A DNA stretch of 64,000 nt from an uncultured Prolixibacteraceae bacterium (GTDB lineage: Bacteria; Bacteroidota; Bacteroidia; Bacteroidales; FEN-979), in contig CAYSAU010000004.1 in NCBI GenBank assembly GCA_964429135.1, forward strand, positions 31,499 to 95,498. Reading direction: 5' to 3'. Positions 26,917 through 35,691 of this stretch are shown here, piece after piece (within the stretch, counting starts at the first letter, position 1; each line of letters opens with the position of its first letter). The notes below the pieces were generated by a model. The model saw only the letters and a program-made list of their open reading frames with translations, was not told where the DNA came from and did no database searches. A program made the position numbers and the translations under genes.

Positions 26917-27540
26917 ATGGAGTCAAAAACCATGGCTATTCTTGATCAGGTCAGAAAACTATATCAGAGATATGGCATTAAGAGTGTTACAATGGATGAT
27001 GTAGCTCAAAGCTTGAATATTTCAAAAAAAACCTTATATGCTCATTTTAAAGACAAAGAAGATCTCATCCGACAAGTCATGAGGGATGAAGACGAAAATC
27101 GTTGTGATTTTTTCAGTGAAATTGAAAAGAAAAATCAGAATGCGATTGATGAATTATTCGAAGTGCATAAAATGATTAATGGAATATTCAAGGAATATAA
27201 TCCTGCTATGGAATATGACATCAGGAAATCCTACCCTGGTTTATTTTTTCAAATTAAAGAAACCAGAAGAAAAAGGATGGTTGATGCTGTTCAGAAAAAC
27301 CTGAATAAGGGGAAAAAGGAAGGATTATACAGAAATGAAATGAATTCCGGAATCCTTGTCAAATTTCATGTTTTTTCTATTGAAAACCTAATTGATAACG
27401 ATTTCTTTTCTCAAGACGAGCTTACTTCTTTCAAGGTTTTCCACGAAATATTTATTTACCATCTTCAGGGAATATTAAGTCATGAAGGAAGGATATATTT
27501 TGAAAACAATTATGGGAAGTTTAAACTTGCTTCGGATTAG
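26917..27540 (+). CDS. TetR/AcrR family transcriptional regulator (paralog of 19015-19659)
   Basis: HTH segment SVTMDDVAQSLNISKKTLYAHFKDKEDLI. Confidence 0.85.
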   Translation: MESKTMAILDQVRKLYQRYGIKSVTMDDVAQSLNISKKTLYAHFKDKEDLIRQVMRDEDENRCDFFSEIEKKNQNAIDELFEVHKMINGIFKEYNPAMEYDIRKSYPGLFFQIKETRRKRMVDAVQKNLNKGKKEGLYRNEMNSGILVKFHVFSIENLIDNDFFSQDELTSFKVFHEIFIYHLQGILSHEGRIYFENNYGKFKLASD

Positions 27541-27592
27541 CGGGGAATCCTAAAAAAAAGTATATTTACATCCTTAATATGTTCAGGAAGAA

Positions 27593-28126
27593 ATGATGTC
27601 AGACCAGGACCTGATCCAAGGATGTCTTCAACATGATGTTCATGCCCAGGAGTTATTTTATCGGCGTTTTGCAGGTAAGATGTTCGGGGTATGCCTGAGG
27701 TATGCTTCAGATTATATGGAAGCTGAAGATATTCTTCAGGAGGGGTTTATCAGGGCCTTCAATAATCTATATCAATTTCGTTTTGAGGGGTCTCTGGAAG
27801 GTTGGCTGAAGAGAATCATCGTGAATACAGCGATTAATTTTGTTAAAAAGCAGATCAGGCAGCAAAGAATGGAAGTCAATATTGAAAGCGCCTCAGGTTA
27901 TGCAACGATAACCGAGGATGTCTTGTCTAAATTATCAGTAGAAGAATTATTAGTGATGATTCAACGTTTACCGGTCGGTTATCGTACTGTATTTAACCTG
28001 TATGTCATAGAAGGATATAATCATAAAGAGATTGGATTGAAGCTCGGGATATCAGAGAATACGTCTAAATCACAATTATTCCGGGCAAAACAGGCGATTC
28101 AGAAAGAACTGTTAAAATCAGGCTAA
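27593..28126 (+). CDS. ECF-type RNA polymerase sigma-70 factor
   Basis: 177 aa with region 2 (EDILQEGFIRAF...WLKRIIVNTAINF) and a region 4 HTH (GYNHKEIGLKLGISENTSKSQLFRAK). Confidence 0.9.
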   Translation: MMSDQDLIQGCLQHDVHAQELFYRRFAGKMFGVCLRYASDYMEAEDILQEGFIRAFNNLYQFRFEGSLEGWLKRIIVNTAINFVKKQIRQQRMEVNIESASGYATITEDVLSKLSVEELLVMIQRLPVGYRTVFNLYVIEGYNHKEIGLKLGISENTSKSQLFRAKQAIQKELLKSG

Positions 28127-28137
28127 GGGAAATCCAG

Positions 28138-28713
28138 ATGGAAGAAAATTACGATATCGGAACAAAATTCCGGGAAATGTTTTCCGATTTTGAGCCTTCA
28201 CCCCCAGAAAGGGGATGGGTTCGGTTGAAGAATCATTTGTACGCGGAACCCCGGTATGAAGGGCTCTGGTCATGGATAGCTCAGCTCCCGGTGACTTCAC
28301 CCCGGATTTTCAGGCTTTCTGCCGGATTCATCATACTTATCATAGGATTGCTCCTTAGCCTGGTATGGTTTTCTTCGGGGGAACATTTTGCCTTACGTGG
28401 ACATGCCTATTCGGGAGAACTGAGATTATGCAGAGGAACAGCTTACCTGTTTAAGGTTGAGGATAAAGCAAAGCCTTTTGATTCACTGAAGAACATCAGG
28501 TCATCTGATATCGATGAACAAGGGTATTATGAATTTTCACGGATTGAACCCGGGAGATACCTCGTCAGGGTTGCTCCCATGAGGAATACCGAGGGGCATA
28601 AACGATTTCACCCCTCCTGGTACGACCAGCAGATTGCTCCGGATTCAGCTCAGGTAATCCATATCGAAAGCACGGATATGACTGTAGATGTTCATCTTTT
28701 GCCTCGCCATTAA
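28138..28713 (+). CDS. Putative anti-sigma-like membrane protein with CarboxypepD_reg-like extracytoplasmic domain
   Basis: 191 aa, starting 11 nt after the sigma gene, with a single TM (FIILIIGLLLSLVWF). The C-terminal part (GHAYSGELRLCRGTAYLF...DEQGYYEFSRIEPGRYLVRV) fits the carboxypeptidase-regulatory fold pattern. The anti-sigma role is inferred from position. Confidence 0.5.
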   Translation: MEENYDIGTKFREMFSDFEPSPPERGWVRLKNHLYAEPRYEGLWSWIAQLPVTSPRIFRLSAGFIILIIGLLLSLVWFSSGEHFALRGHAYSGELRLCRGTAYLFKVEDKAKPFDSLKNIRSSDIDEQGYYEFSRIEPGRYLVRVAPMRNTEGHKRFHPSWYDQQIAPDSAQVIHIESTDMTVDVHLLPRH

Positions 28714-28728
28714 AAAAATAAATTAAAA

Positions 28729-29187
28729 TTATTCATTATCTGAGGCATACCATTCAGCATAAGAGGTTGAGGTTTCACGTAACTTCATATGGTGGAGTTT
28801 TACTCCATTAGGCAATATTTTTGTGATACGCTTGGCAAAATCGACTAACAGGTTTTCACTGGTTGGCTGATAGGGCAATGAAATGATGTTGCAGAAAGGC
28901 TCCCCGGTGTTTTTTAACGATTCAATCGGGTCATTCGAGCAAATCATCAGTGCATGGTCCAGTGGATCGACAATGTGTTGTTTGATCAGTTTTTTCATGT
29001 CGCTGAAGTCCATCACCATTCCAAGTTTGGAAGAACCCGCTTCGTTTAACGGATTTCCCGTAATAGTAACAGAAAAGGCATAGGAATGACCGTGAATATT
29101 TTTACACGGGCCGTCATAACCCTTTAGGGCATGGGCTGCTTCAAACCGGAATTCCTTTGTGACACGGATGATTGGTTGAACATTCAT
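28729..29187 (-). CDS. queD: 6-carboxy-5,6,7,8-tetrahydropterin synthase (QueD-type COG0720)
   Basis: 152 aa with the motif C-x3-HGH (PCKNIHGHSY), which is the QueD subfamily spacing. Confidence 0.8.
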   Translation of the reverse strand: MNVQPIIRVTKEFRFEAAHALKGYDGPCKNIHGHSYAFSVTITGNPLNEAGSSKLGMVMDFSDMKKLIKQHIVDPLDHALMICSNDPIESLKNTGEPFCNIISLPYQPTSENLLVDFAKRITKILPNGVKLHHMKLRETSTSYAEWYASDNE

Positions 29188-29229
29188 AGCGTAAAGGTTA
29201 AAGATTTGATAACGAATATGGAACGAAGA

Positions 29230-29790
29230 TTATTGAAGAAGGATATGTTCGATAAGGATTTTTAATCCGATTCCAATGAGAACCAATCCGCCAAATCTTT
29301 CAGCCCAGCGAACAGGAAGAAAAGTCGTTTTACCTCCGATTTTTGATCCTAAAAGGGAGACAAGAAAAGTTGTCAGGGTGATCAGGATCACGGCGAATAG
29401 AATGTTTACCCTGATAAATCCAAACGATATGCCCATAATCAGGGCATCAATGCTCGTTGCGACAGAGAGACTGAGCAGAACAGTGATTTTCCGGATATCC
29501 ACAATTTTTTTTTCATCAGGGTTTTTAAAAGATTGGAAAATCATCTTCAATCCGATAAATGATAAGATTCCAAAAGCAAACCAATGATCGATACTTGAAA
29601 TAAACACCAACAGGCTTTTTCCAATAAACCATCCCATCAATGGCATCAGTCCTTGAAAAACCCCGAAGAACAATGCTATCCTGAAAGTTTCTTTCCAATT
29701 GGGTTTTTGGGAAGTCCCGAAACTTAATGAAACGGCAAAACAATCCATGGAGAGTCCAAGGGCAATTAAAAAAATCTCCAGCAGGCTCAT
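29230..29790 (-). CDS. mntP: Manganese efflux pump MntP
   Basis: 186 aa and about 6 TM, with the duplicated MntP motifs LSMDCFAVS and SIDALIMG. Confidence 0.85.
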   Translation of the reverse strand: MSLLEIFLIALGLSMDCFAVSLSFGTSQKPNWKETFRIALFFGVFQGLMPLMGWFIGKSLLVFISSIDHWFAFGILSFIGLKMIFQSFKNPDEKKIVDIRKITVLLSLSVATSIDALIMGISFGFIRVNILFAVILITLTTFLVSLLGSKIGGKTTFLPVRWAERFGGLVLIGIGLKILIEHILLQ

Positions 29791-29794
29791 CTAA

Positions 29795-31168
29795 TCAGGC
29801 TAAATCCAATTCCACAGTAAAATGACGCATAATGGGAGCCTCATTAACAATTTTTAAACCATTTTTGATTTCGTCTCTACGATCAAAAATGTTTTTCATG
29901 GCGACGGCCACCACATCCATATGGTTGTTTGTGTAAACTCTTCTGGGAATAGCCAGGCGTAATAATTCCAGGGCAGGATATCTATTCTCACGGGTCAGCG
30001 GGTCGCGGTCAGCGAGTAGTGCGCCGATTTCAACGCCCCTCACACCGGCTTCGCGATAAAGTTCAACGGCAAGGATCTGGGCCGGAAATTCTTCCTTAGG
30101 AACATGTGGGATGAACCGTTTGGCGTCCACAAAAACAGCATGTCCGCCTATAGGTTGTTGAATGGGGATGTTGAAATCCATCAGCCGCTTACCAAGATAT
30201 TCCACTTGCCTGATCCTGGATTCCAGGTAGGAAAACTCCGTCCCTTCATATAAGCCCTGGGACAAAGCATTCATATCCCGTCCTGACATTCCGCCATAGG
30301 TAATATAACCTTCGAACATGATGTTGAACATACTGGCTTTACGGTGAAGTTCCGGATCATGCATGGCAATGAAACCGCCCATGTTGACGATGGCATCTTT
30401 CTTTGCACTCATGGTCATCATGTCTGCATTTAAAAACATCTCCCGGACAATTTCCCGGATAGATTTATCAGAAAAACCCTTTTCGCGAATTTTAATTAAA
30501 TAAGCATTTTCAGCAAAACGTGCAGAATCAAATAAAATGGGTTTATTATATCGCCTTGCTATTTCGCGGACTTGTTTCAGATTTTCCATCGAGACTGGCT
30601 GTCCCCCGGAAGAATTACAAGTCACTGTCATGATGATAAAGGGAATACGCGCTGCATTTTCCTTCAGCACTTTTTCAAGTTTTTCAGGATCTACGTTCCC
30701 TTTGAAAGGATGATCCAAGGTGGTATCAAAAGCCTCATCGATGGTGCAATCCACGGTAATGGCTTTACGGAATTCAATATGGCCTTTAGTGGTATCGAAA
30801 TGGGAATTACCAGGAATGATATCTCCTTCTTTAACCAGTACTGAAAATAATACATTTTCAGCAGCCCTTCCCTGATGTGTGGGAAGAAAATATTCAAATC
30901 CGAAAATATTCTCAATGGCTTCCTTCATTTTAAAATAGGACGAGGCTCCGGCATAACTTTCATCTCCCAGCATCAGTTCCGACCATTGATGATCACTCAT
31001 AGCTCCGGTTCCGGAATCCGTTAAAAGGTCAATAAAAACCTGTTCACTTTTCAATCGGAAGAGGTTATATTTGGCTTCCTTGATCCATTGTTCGCGTTCC
31101 TGGCGGTTGCTTTTACGGATAGATTCCACCATCTTGATTTTGTATGACTCAGCAAAGGGTAAATCCAT
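29795..31168 (-). CDS. tnaA: Tryptophanase-like beta-eliminating lyase (tryptophan indole-lyase / tyrosine phenol-lyase family)
   Basis: DLLTDSGTGAMSD, FDTTKGH, SARFAENAYLIK, MSAKKDAIVNMGG (PLP Lys) and LLRLAIPRRVYT are closer to TnaA than to TPL motifs as I recall them. The ORF track start at 31195 is TTG inside the -7 box, so the ATG at 31168 (MDLPFAESYKIK) is preferred. Confidence 0.8.
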   Translation of the reverse strand: MDLPFAESYKIKMVESIRKSNRQEREQWIKEAKYNLFRLKSEQVFIDLLTDSGTGAMSDHQWSELMLGDESYAGASSYFKMKEAIENIFGFEYFLPTHQGRAAENVLFSVLVKEGDIIPGNSHFDTTKGHIEFRKAITVDCTIDEAFDTTLDHPFKGNVDPEKLEKVLKENAARIPFIIMTVTCNSSGGQPVSMENLKQVREIARRYNKPILFDSARFAENAYLIKIREKGFSDKSIREIVREMFLNADMMTMSAKKDAIVNMGGFIAMHDPELHRKASMFNIMFEGYITYGGMSGRDMNALSQGLYEGTEFSYLESRIRQVEYLGKRLMDFNIPIQQPIGGHAVFVDAKRFIPHVPKEEFPAQILAVELYREAGVRGVEIGALLADRDPLTRENRYPALELLRLAIPRRVYTNNHMDVVAVAMKNIFDRRDEIKNGLKIVNEAPIMRHFTVELDLA

Positions 31169-31192
31169 GTCTTTAGAATTGGTTGTTATCAA

Positions 31193-31200
31193 CAAAGGTA
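31193..31200 (-). promoter_or_regulatory. Candidate -7 box TACCTTTG for tnaA-mntP-queD
   Basis: The reverse complement of caaaggta lies 25 nt upstream of the ATG at 31168. Confidence 0.45.
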
Positions 31201-31258
31201 GAAAAATTTTTTAACCAAAAATTTTTCATAACACCTTGTCAAATTGGTAAAATTCCTG

Positions 31259-31266
31259 TAGGTTTG
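31259..31266 (+). promoter_or_regulatory. Candidate -7 box TAGGTTTG for ptb operon
   Basis: Matches TAnnTTTG and has CTTG about 20 nt upstream. It lies 58 nt before the ATG at 31324. Confidence 0.4.
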
Positions 31267-31323
31267 CCATTTGCGAATCCATTGTTATTATAATATCAAT
31301 TAAATTTTAGGAGGATAAATACC

Positions 31324-32253
31324 ATGACTGCAGCAACAGTAGGAAGTGAAAATGCTTCCTTGAGGAAGTTAACAGACCTTTATGAAAGAGCAAAAAACTC
31401 ACGGAAAAAAAAGTTAGCCGTAGCGGTGGCCCATGATGAACATTGCCTTGAAGCAATTTGTGCCGTGGATAAAATGGGTTTGGTTGAGGCCATCCTGGTC
31501 GGGAATGAAAAAAAGATCAAAGAAATTGCTGCCAGGCTTCAACTCGATGTTCATGGGATGACAATTATCAATGAGGAAACGGATGCCAATTCGGTAAAAA
31601 TTGCCGTTAAAATGGTGAGGGAAAAGGAAGCAGATGTCCTGATGAAAGGGAATGTGCCAACGGCAGTCTTTCTGAGGGGGGTATTGGACAAGGAAGTCGG
31701 GTTACGAAAAGGTGATGTTCTTTCACATTTCGCTTTGTTTGAAGTGCCTACTTATCATAAGTTGTTGGGTTTAAGTGATGCCGCGATGATACCAAATCCG
31801 GATTTCAAAACAAAAATAGCGATCATTAATAATGCTGTGGAATTTATGAATAAACTTGGGTATACTAAACCTAAGGTTGCTGTTCTCGCTGCAGTTGAAA
31901 TGGTTAATGAAGCCATGCCAGCTACCTTGGATGCAGCGCTTTTATCAAAAATGAACCAAAGAGGGCAAATAAAAAATTGTATTATCGATGGTCCGCTTGC
32001 TTATGATAACGCAGTCAGCACAGCTAGTGCAAAGCATAAAGGAATCATCAGTGAGGTGGCAGGAGATGCCGATTTGCTGATTGTTCCCGATATTGAAGCC
32101 GGAAATATTTTATATAAAGCCTATGGGTTTTCGGCCAATGCAAAACTTGCAGCCTGTGTTCTCGGAGCCGCTGCCCCAATTGTGCTCACCTCCCGTTCCG
32201 ATACTGAGGAGTCCAAACAGGCTTCCATTATCATGGCAGCTGCGATCAATTAA
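31324..32253 (+). CDS. ptb: Phosphate butyryltransferase (phosphate acyltransferase family)
   Basis: 309 aa of the Pta/Ptb family (AVAVAHDEHCLEA...VLMKG...SDAAM...ADLLIVPDIEAGNILYK). Confidence 0.85.
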   Translation: MTAATVGSENASLRKLTDLYERAKNSRKKKLAVAVAHDEHCLEAICAVDKMGLVEAILVGNEKKIKEIAARLQLDVHGMTIINEETDANSVKIAVKMVREKEADVLMKGNVPTAVFLRGVLDKEVGLRKGDVLSHFALFEVPTYHKLLGLSDAAMIPNPDFKTKIAIINNAVEFMNKLGYTKPKVAVLAAVEMVNEAMPATLDAALLSKMNQRGQIKNCIIDGPLAYDNAVSTASAKHKGIISEVAGDADLLIVPDIEAGNILYKAYGFSANAKLAACVLGAAAPIVLTSRSDTEESKQASIIMAAAIN

Positions 32254-32263
32254 GTTAGGCATC

Positions 32264-33799
32264 ATGGCCAGTAGACTTTTTCAGACAAAATCCCTGCAAG
32301 CGCTTCTTGATGAAGCTGCAGATCCGAAAAACGGCTTTAAAAAAACGTTAACAGCGACCAATCTTACCACCCTGGGAATCGGGGCAATCATCGGTGCCGG
32401 GATTTTTGTACTTACCGGCCAGGCAGCAGCGCAATATGCAGGACCTGCCATCGTGATCTCTTTCCTAATCTCAGGGATTGCCTGCGCATTTGCCGGTTTA
32501 TGTTATGCTGAATTTGCTTCGATGATCCCCATTGCCGGCAGTGCTTATACCTATGCTTATACTACTTTGGGGGAATTTTTAGCATGGATTATCGGCTGGG
32601 ACCTGATCCTGGAATATCTTTTTGCAGCCTCGACCGTCAGCGTGGGTTGGTCGGGATATGTTGTCAGTTTTCTGAAGGATTTCGGGATCAACCTTCCAAC
32701 TGCCTTATGCTATGCAACCGGGACTGACCTGATCAAGCTTCCGGATATCGGCTGGGTACAAAAAACACCTGACCTGATCCGGCATTTGATCAGTAAAGGA
32801 TTGAGCCCGGTGGATTTCCCTCAATCCGATGCCATCTTAAATGTTCCTGCAATGTTCGTGATCGGGATGATTACCCTCTTATTGATCATCGGAATCAGGG
32901 AATCAGCCGGATTTAATAATGTGATGGTGATCACTAAGGTGGGGGTGATCATTTTATTTATCGTGATCGGTTTTTTCTTCGTCAAAAGCATTAATTGGCA
33001 TCCTTTTATCCCTAAAAACACGGGTGAGTGGGGGCATTTTGGCTGGTCAGGGATTTTTCGAGCGGCAGGTGTCATTTTTTTCGCCTATATCGGATTCGAT
33101 GCGGTTTCAACCGCTGCACAGGAGGCGAAAAATCCTCAGAAGCATATGCCAATTGGGATACTCGGTTCTTTGACCGTATCGACCATTTTGTACATTCTCG
33201 TGGCTATCGTCCTTACCGGTATCATCGCTTATCCCGAACTTCTGGTTCCTGACCCTGTTGCAGTTGGGGTTAACGCTATGGGTAAGGGCCTTTTTTGGCT
33301 TCGTCCTATTGTGAAGCTCGCTGCTATTGCCGGTTTAAGTTCAGTAATCCTGGTGATGCTGATGGGGCAGCCGAGGATATTTTATTCCATGTCGAAAGAC
33401 GGATTGCTGCCGGCGGTATTCAGCAAAATACATCCTCAGTTTAAGACTCCTTATATCAGTACGATTTTAACTGGTTTTGTGGCCATGATCTTGGCCGGAA
33501 TACTTCCGATCAGTATATTAGGAGAACTGGTATCCATTGGAACTTTGCTTGCATTTACTATTGTTTGCATCAGCATAATTTTTCTTCGTGTGAAAAAGCC
33601 GGATATCCCCAGACCATTCAGGACCCCTCTGGTTCCTTTAATCCCCATCCTCGGAGCGGGATTCTGTCTGGTACAGATGGTCTCTCTACCAATGGATACA
33701 TGGCTCCGCCTTATCATCTGGATGTCTCTTGGACTGGTGGTATATTTTACCTATGGGATAAAAAAAAGCAAACTGAGGAAGTTGAATAATCGTCATTAA
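32264..33799 (+). CDS. APC-superfamily amino acid permease (cationic amino acid transporter / YfnA-like)
   Basis: 511 aa from the ATG at 32264 (MASRLFQTKSLQALLDEA...LGIGAIIGAGIFVLTG). It is polytopic. The ORF-track extension back to 32081 overlaps ptb and has no protein-like character. Confidence 0.9.
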   Translation: MASRLFQTKSLQALLDEAADPKNGFKKTLTATNLTTLGIGAIIGAGIFVLTGQAAAQYAGPAIVISFLISGIACAFAGLCYAEFASMIPIAGSAYTYAYTTLGEFLAWIIGWDLILEYLFAASTVSVGWSGYVVSFLKDFGINLPTALCYATGTDLIKLPDIGWVQKTPDLIRHLISKGLSPVDFPQSDAILNVPAMFVIGMITLLLIIGIRESAGFNNVMVITKVGVIILFIVIGFFFVKSINWHPFIPKNTGEWGHFGWSGIFRAAGVIFFAYIGFDAVSTAAQEAKNPQKHMPIGILGSLTVSTILYILVAIVLTGIIAYPELLVPDPVAVGVNAMGKGLFWLRPIVKLAAIAGLSSVILVMLMGQPRIFYSMSKDGLLPAVFSKIHPQFKTPYISTILTGFVAMILAGILPISILGELVSIGTLLAFTIVCISIIFLRVKKPDIPRPFRTPLVPLIPILGAGFCLVQMVSLPMDTWLRLIIWMSLGLVVYFTYGIKKSKLRKLNNRH

Positions 33800-33809
33800 A
33801 AAAACAGGT

Positions 33810-34886
33810 ATGAAAAATGTCCGTATCATTGCTATAAACCCTGGTTCGACCTCTACAAAAATTGCGGTTTTTCAGAATACGGAACCGATATTTTTAAAAA
33901 ATATCAAGCACAGCGCCGAGGAACTGTCGCCTTTTCCAAGAATAACAGACCAGTTTGAGTTTCGCAAAGACATAATCATCAGGCAGATTAAAGAAGCGGA
34001 AATCGATCTTGATTCTATCCATGCAGTGGTCGGACGCGGAGGATTATTAAAACCCATTCCATCCGGTGTTTATGAAGTGAACGAGGCCATGATCCACGAT
34101 ATGGTGAACAGTCCGCTGGGAGAACATGCCAGTAATCTCGGTGGTTTGATCGCTAAAGACATGATCCAATCCATGCCCAAGGCCAGGGCATTTATTGCTG
34201 ATCCGGTAGTCGTGGATGAATTGGATGATATTGCACGCATTGCCGGCCATCCTTTGTTCGAAAGGATTTCAATTTTTCATGCATTGAATCAAAAAGCAGT
34301 AGCTCGTGAATTTGCCAAATCGACCAACAAGAATTATGAGGATCTTAATTTGATTGTTGTCCATCTCGGCGGCGGAATTTCTGTAGGTGCCCATCATAAA
34401 GGCAGGGTGATTGATGTCAACCAGGCCCTTGACGGAGAGGGACCTTTCAGCCCTGAAAGAAGCGGAACCCTACCGGTGGGGCAATTGGTAAAACTTTGTT
34501 TCAGCGGAAAATACAGCTTGAAGGAAGTCCAAAAAATGATTAAAGGGGAGGGCGGCCTGGTAGCCTATCTTTCCACAAACAATGCTGTTGATGTCGAAAA
34601 AATGGTGGATTCAGGTGATCAAACTGCAGCTCTGATATATCATGCCATGGCTTATCAGGTGGCAAAGGCTGTTGGGGAAATGTACACCGTACTGAGATGT
34701 GAAGTGGATGCCATTTTAATCACAGGCGGAATCGCATATGATAAACGCTTTGTAGGATGGATACAGGAAAGAATCCATAAACTGTCACCTGTTCATGTTT
34801 TTCCCGGAGAGGATGAAATGCGAGCGCTGGCTATCAATGCCCTGATGGTGATCCGGGGAGAATTAACTGTCAAGCTATATGGCTGA
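33810..34886 (+). CDS. buk: Butyrate kinase
   Basis: 358 aa of the ASKHA fold with N-terminal ILAINPGSTSTKIAVF-type motif (IIAINPGSTSTKIAVF). Confidence 0.9.
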   Translation: MKNVRIIAINPGSTSTKIAVFQNTEPIFLKNIKHSAEELSPFPRITDQFEFRKDIIIRQIKEAEIDLDSIHAVVGRGGLLKPIPSGVYEVNEAMIHDMVNSPLGEHASNLGGLIAKDMIQSMPKARAFIADPVVVDELDDIARIAGHPLFERISIFHALNQKAVAREFAKSTNKNYEDLNLIVVHLGGGISVGAHHKGRVIDVNQALDGEGPFSPERSGTLPVGQLVKLCFSGKYSLKEVQKMIKGEGGLVAYLSTNNAVDVEKMVDSGDQTAALIYHAMAYQVAKAVGEMYTVLRCEVDAILITGGIAYDKRFVGWIQERIHKLSPVHVFPGEDEMRALAINALMVIRGELTVKLYG

Positions 34887-35522
34887 GATCATTGCCTTTA
34901 CAATATTGTCAGTGCCTTCAGCAATCTGACTGATACTGGCATCCAGCATGTAACATGGAGTAGTGAAAAGTTTTCTGTTCTTGTCTGTGATGACATCTCC
35001 ATGACTTGCAGGAGTATAACGGTTTCCCATCTTTTCAATAAACCCCTTTGAAGCTGGATCCTTTCCGGTAGTGAAATTACTGCCTTTGAAAAGTTTTCCC
35101 AGAATAACCGGTGCAATACACATTGCCCCAATGGGTTTTTTTGCTTCAAACATAGCCTGAACAACTTTTTCCACTTCTGAATTGACCTGGCATTTATCTC
35201 CAACTATCGCCCAATTACATAGGTTTTTGGCACATCCAAACCCACCCGGAAAAATCAGGGCATCATAGTCTTTTTCGTAGAAAATGCTCAGTGGCTTGAT
35301 GTTTCCCCTTGCAATCCTTGCAGATTCTGTCAAAACATTGCGTTTTTCTGCAGTTTCCTTTCCGCTGAGGTGATCAATCACATGATGTTGCATGACGTCC
35401 GGAGCAAAACATTGATAAGATGCCCCATTTCGGTCAATAGCAAGAAGGGTTAGGACAGCTTCCTGGATTTCTGCCCCATCATAAACTCCACAACCAGCTA
35501 ATATAACGGCAAATTTTTTCAT
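34875..35522 (-). CDS. elbB: ElbB-like DJ-1/PfpI family protein
   Basis: 215 aa. MKKFAVILAGCGVYDGAEIQEAV and the nucleophile-elbow Cys (GAMCIAP) resemble ElbB. The 3' end overlaps the buk 3' end by 12 nt. Confidence 0.75.
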   Translation of the reverse strand: MKKFAVILAGCGVYDGAEIQEAVLTLLAIDRNGASYQCFAPDVMQHHVIDHLSGKETAEKRNVLTESARIARGNIKPLSIFYEKDYDALIFPGGFGCAKNLCNWAIVGDKCQVNSEVEKVVQAMFEAKKPIGAMCIAPVILGKLFKGSNFTTGKDPASKGFIEKMGNRYTPASHGDVITDKNRKLFTTPCYMLDASISQIAEGTDNIVKAMISAI

Positions 35523-35604
35523 ATTCTTATGGTATTTACTTGATTTAATATTTTTATCCGGGTGTTAAAATTAAAAAAAATTAGTCCTTAACGTGCATTA
35601 ATTA

Positions 35605-35612
35605 TAAATTTG
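35605..35612 (+). promoter_or_regulatory. Candidate -7 box TAAATTTG for the sugar-nucleotide operon
   Basis: Matches TAnnTTTG and lies about 80 nt upstream of the ATG at 35692. Confidence 0.35.
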
Positions 35613-35691
35613 CAGAGATTTAGAAAAAAGCATTTCTGAAGACTTATAAAGGAAAAAGTTAAGTATTTTTATCATATTAAATTGATTGTTA

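Noticed and set aside
29188-29229. A preQ1 riboswitch upstream of queD, and a yybP-ykoY Mn riboswitch upstream of mntP (29791-29794).
   Set aside because: The spacers are 42 nt and 4 nt. The 42-nt spacer shows no preQ1-type hairpin plus A-rich tail that I can align, and the 4-nt spacer cannot hold any element.
31309-31314. Shine-Dalgarno-like motifs before ptb (AGGAGG at 31309-31314), gldN (GGAGG at 56796-56800) and the BI-1 gene (AAGGAG on the minus strand at 42115-42120), considered as a special translational signal.
   Set aside because: There are only three instances among ~50 genes, and most starts here lack any SD, as expected for Bacteroidota. Without genome-wide statistics this cannot be told apart from chance, so it is only mentioned within the ptb finding.
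32081-32263. A 61-aa N-terminal extension of the amino acid permease ORF that overlaps the 3' end of ptb.
   Set aside because: The extension is Pro/Leu/Ser-rich with no membrane or signal character and overlaps ptb by 173 nt. The ATG at 32264 gives a typical APC-family N-terminus 10 nt after the ptb stop.
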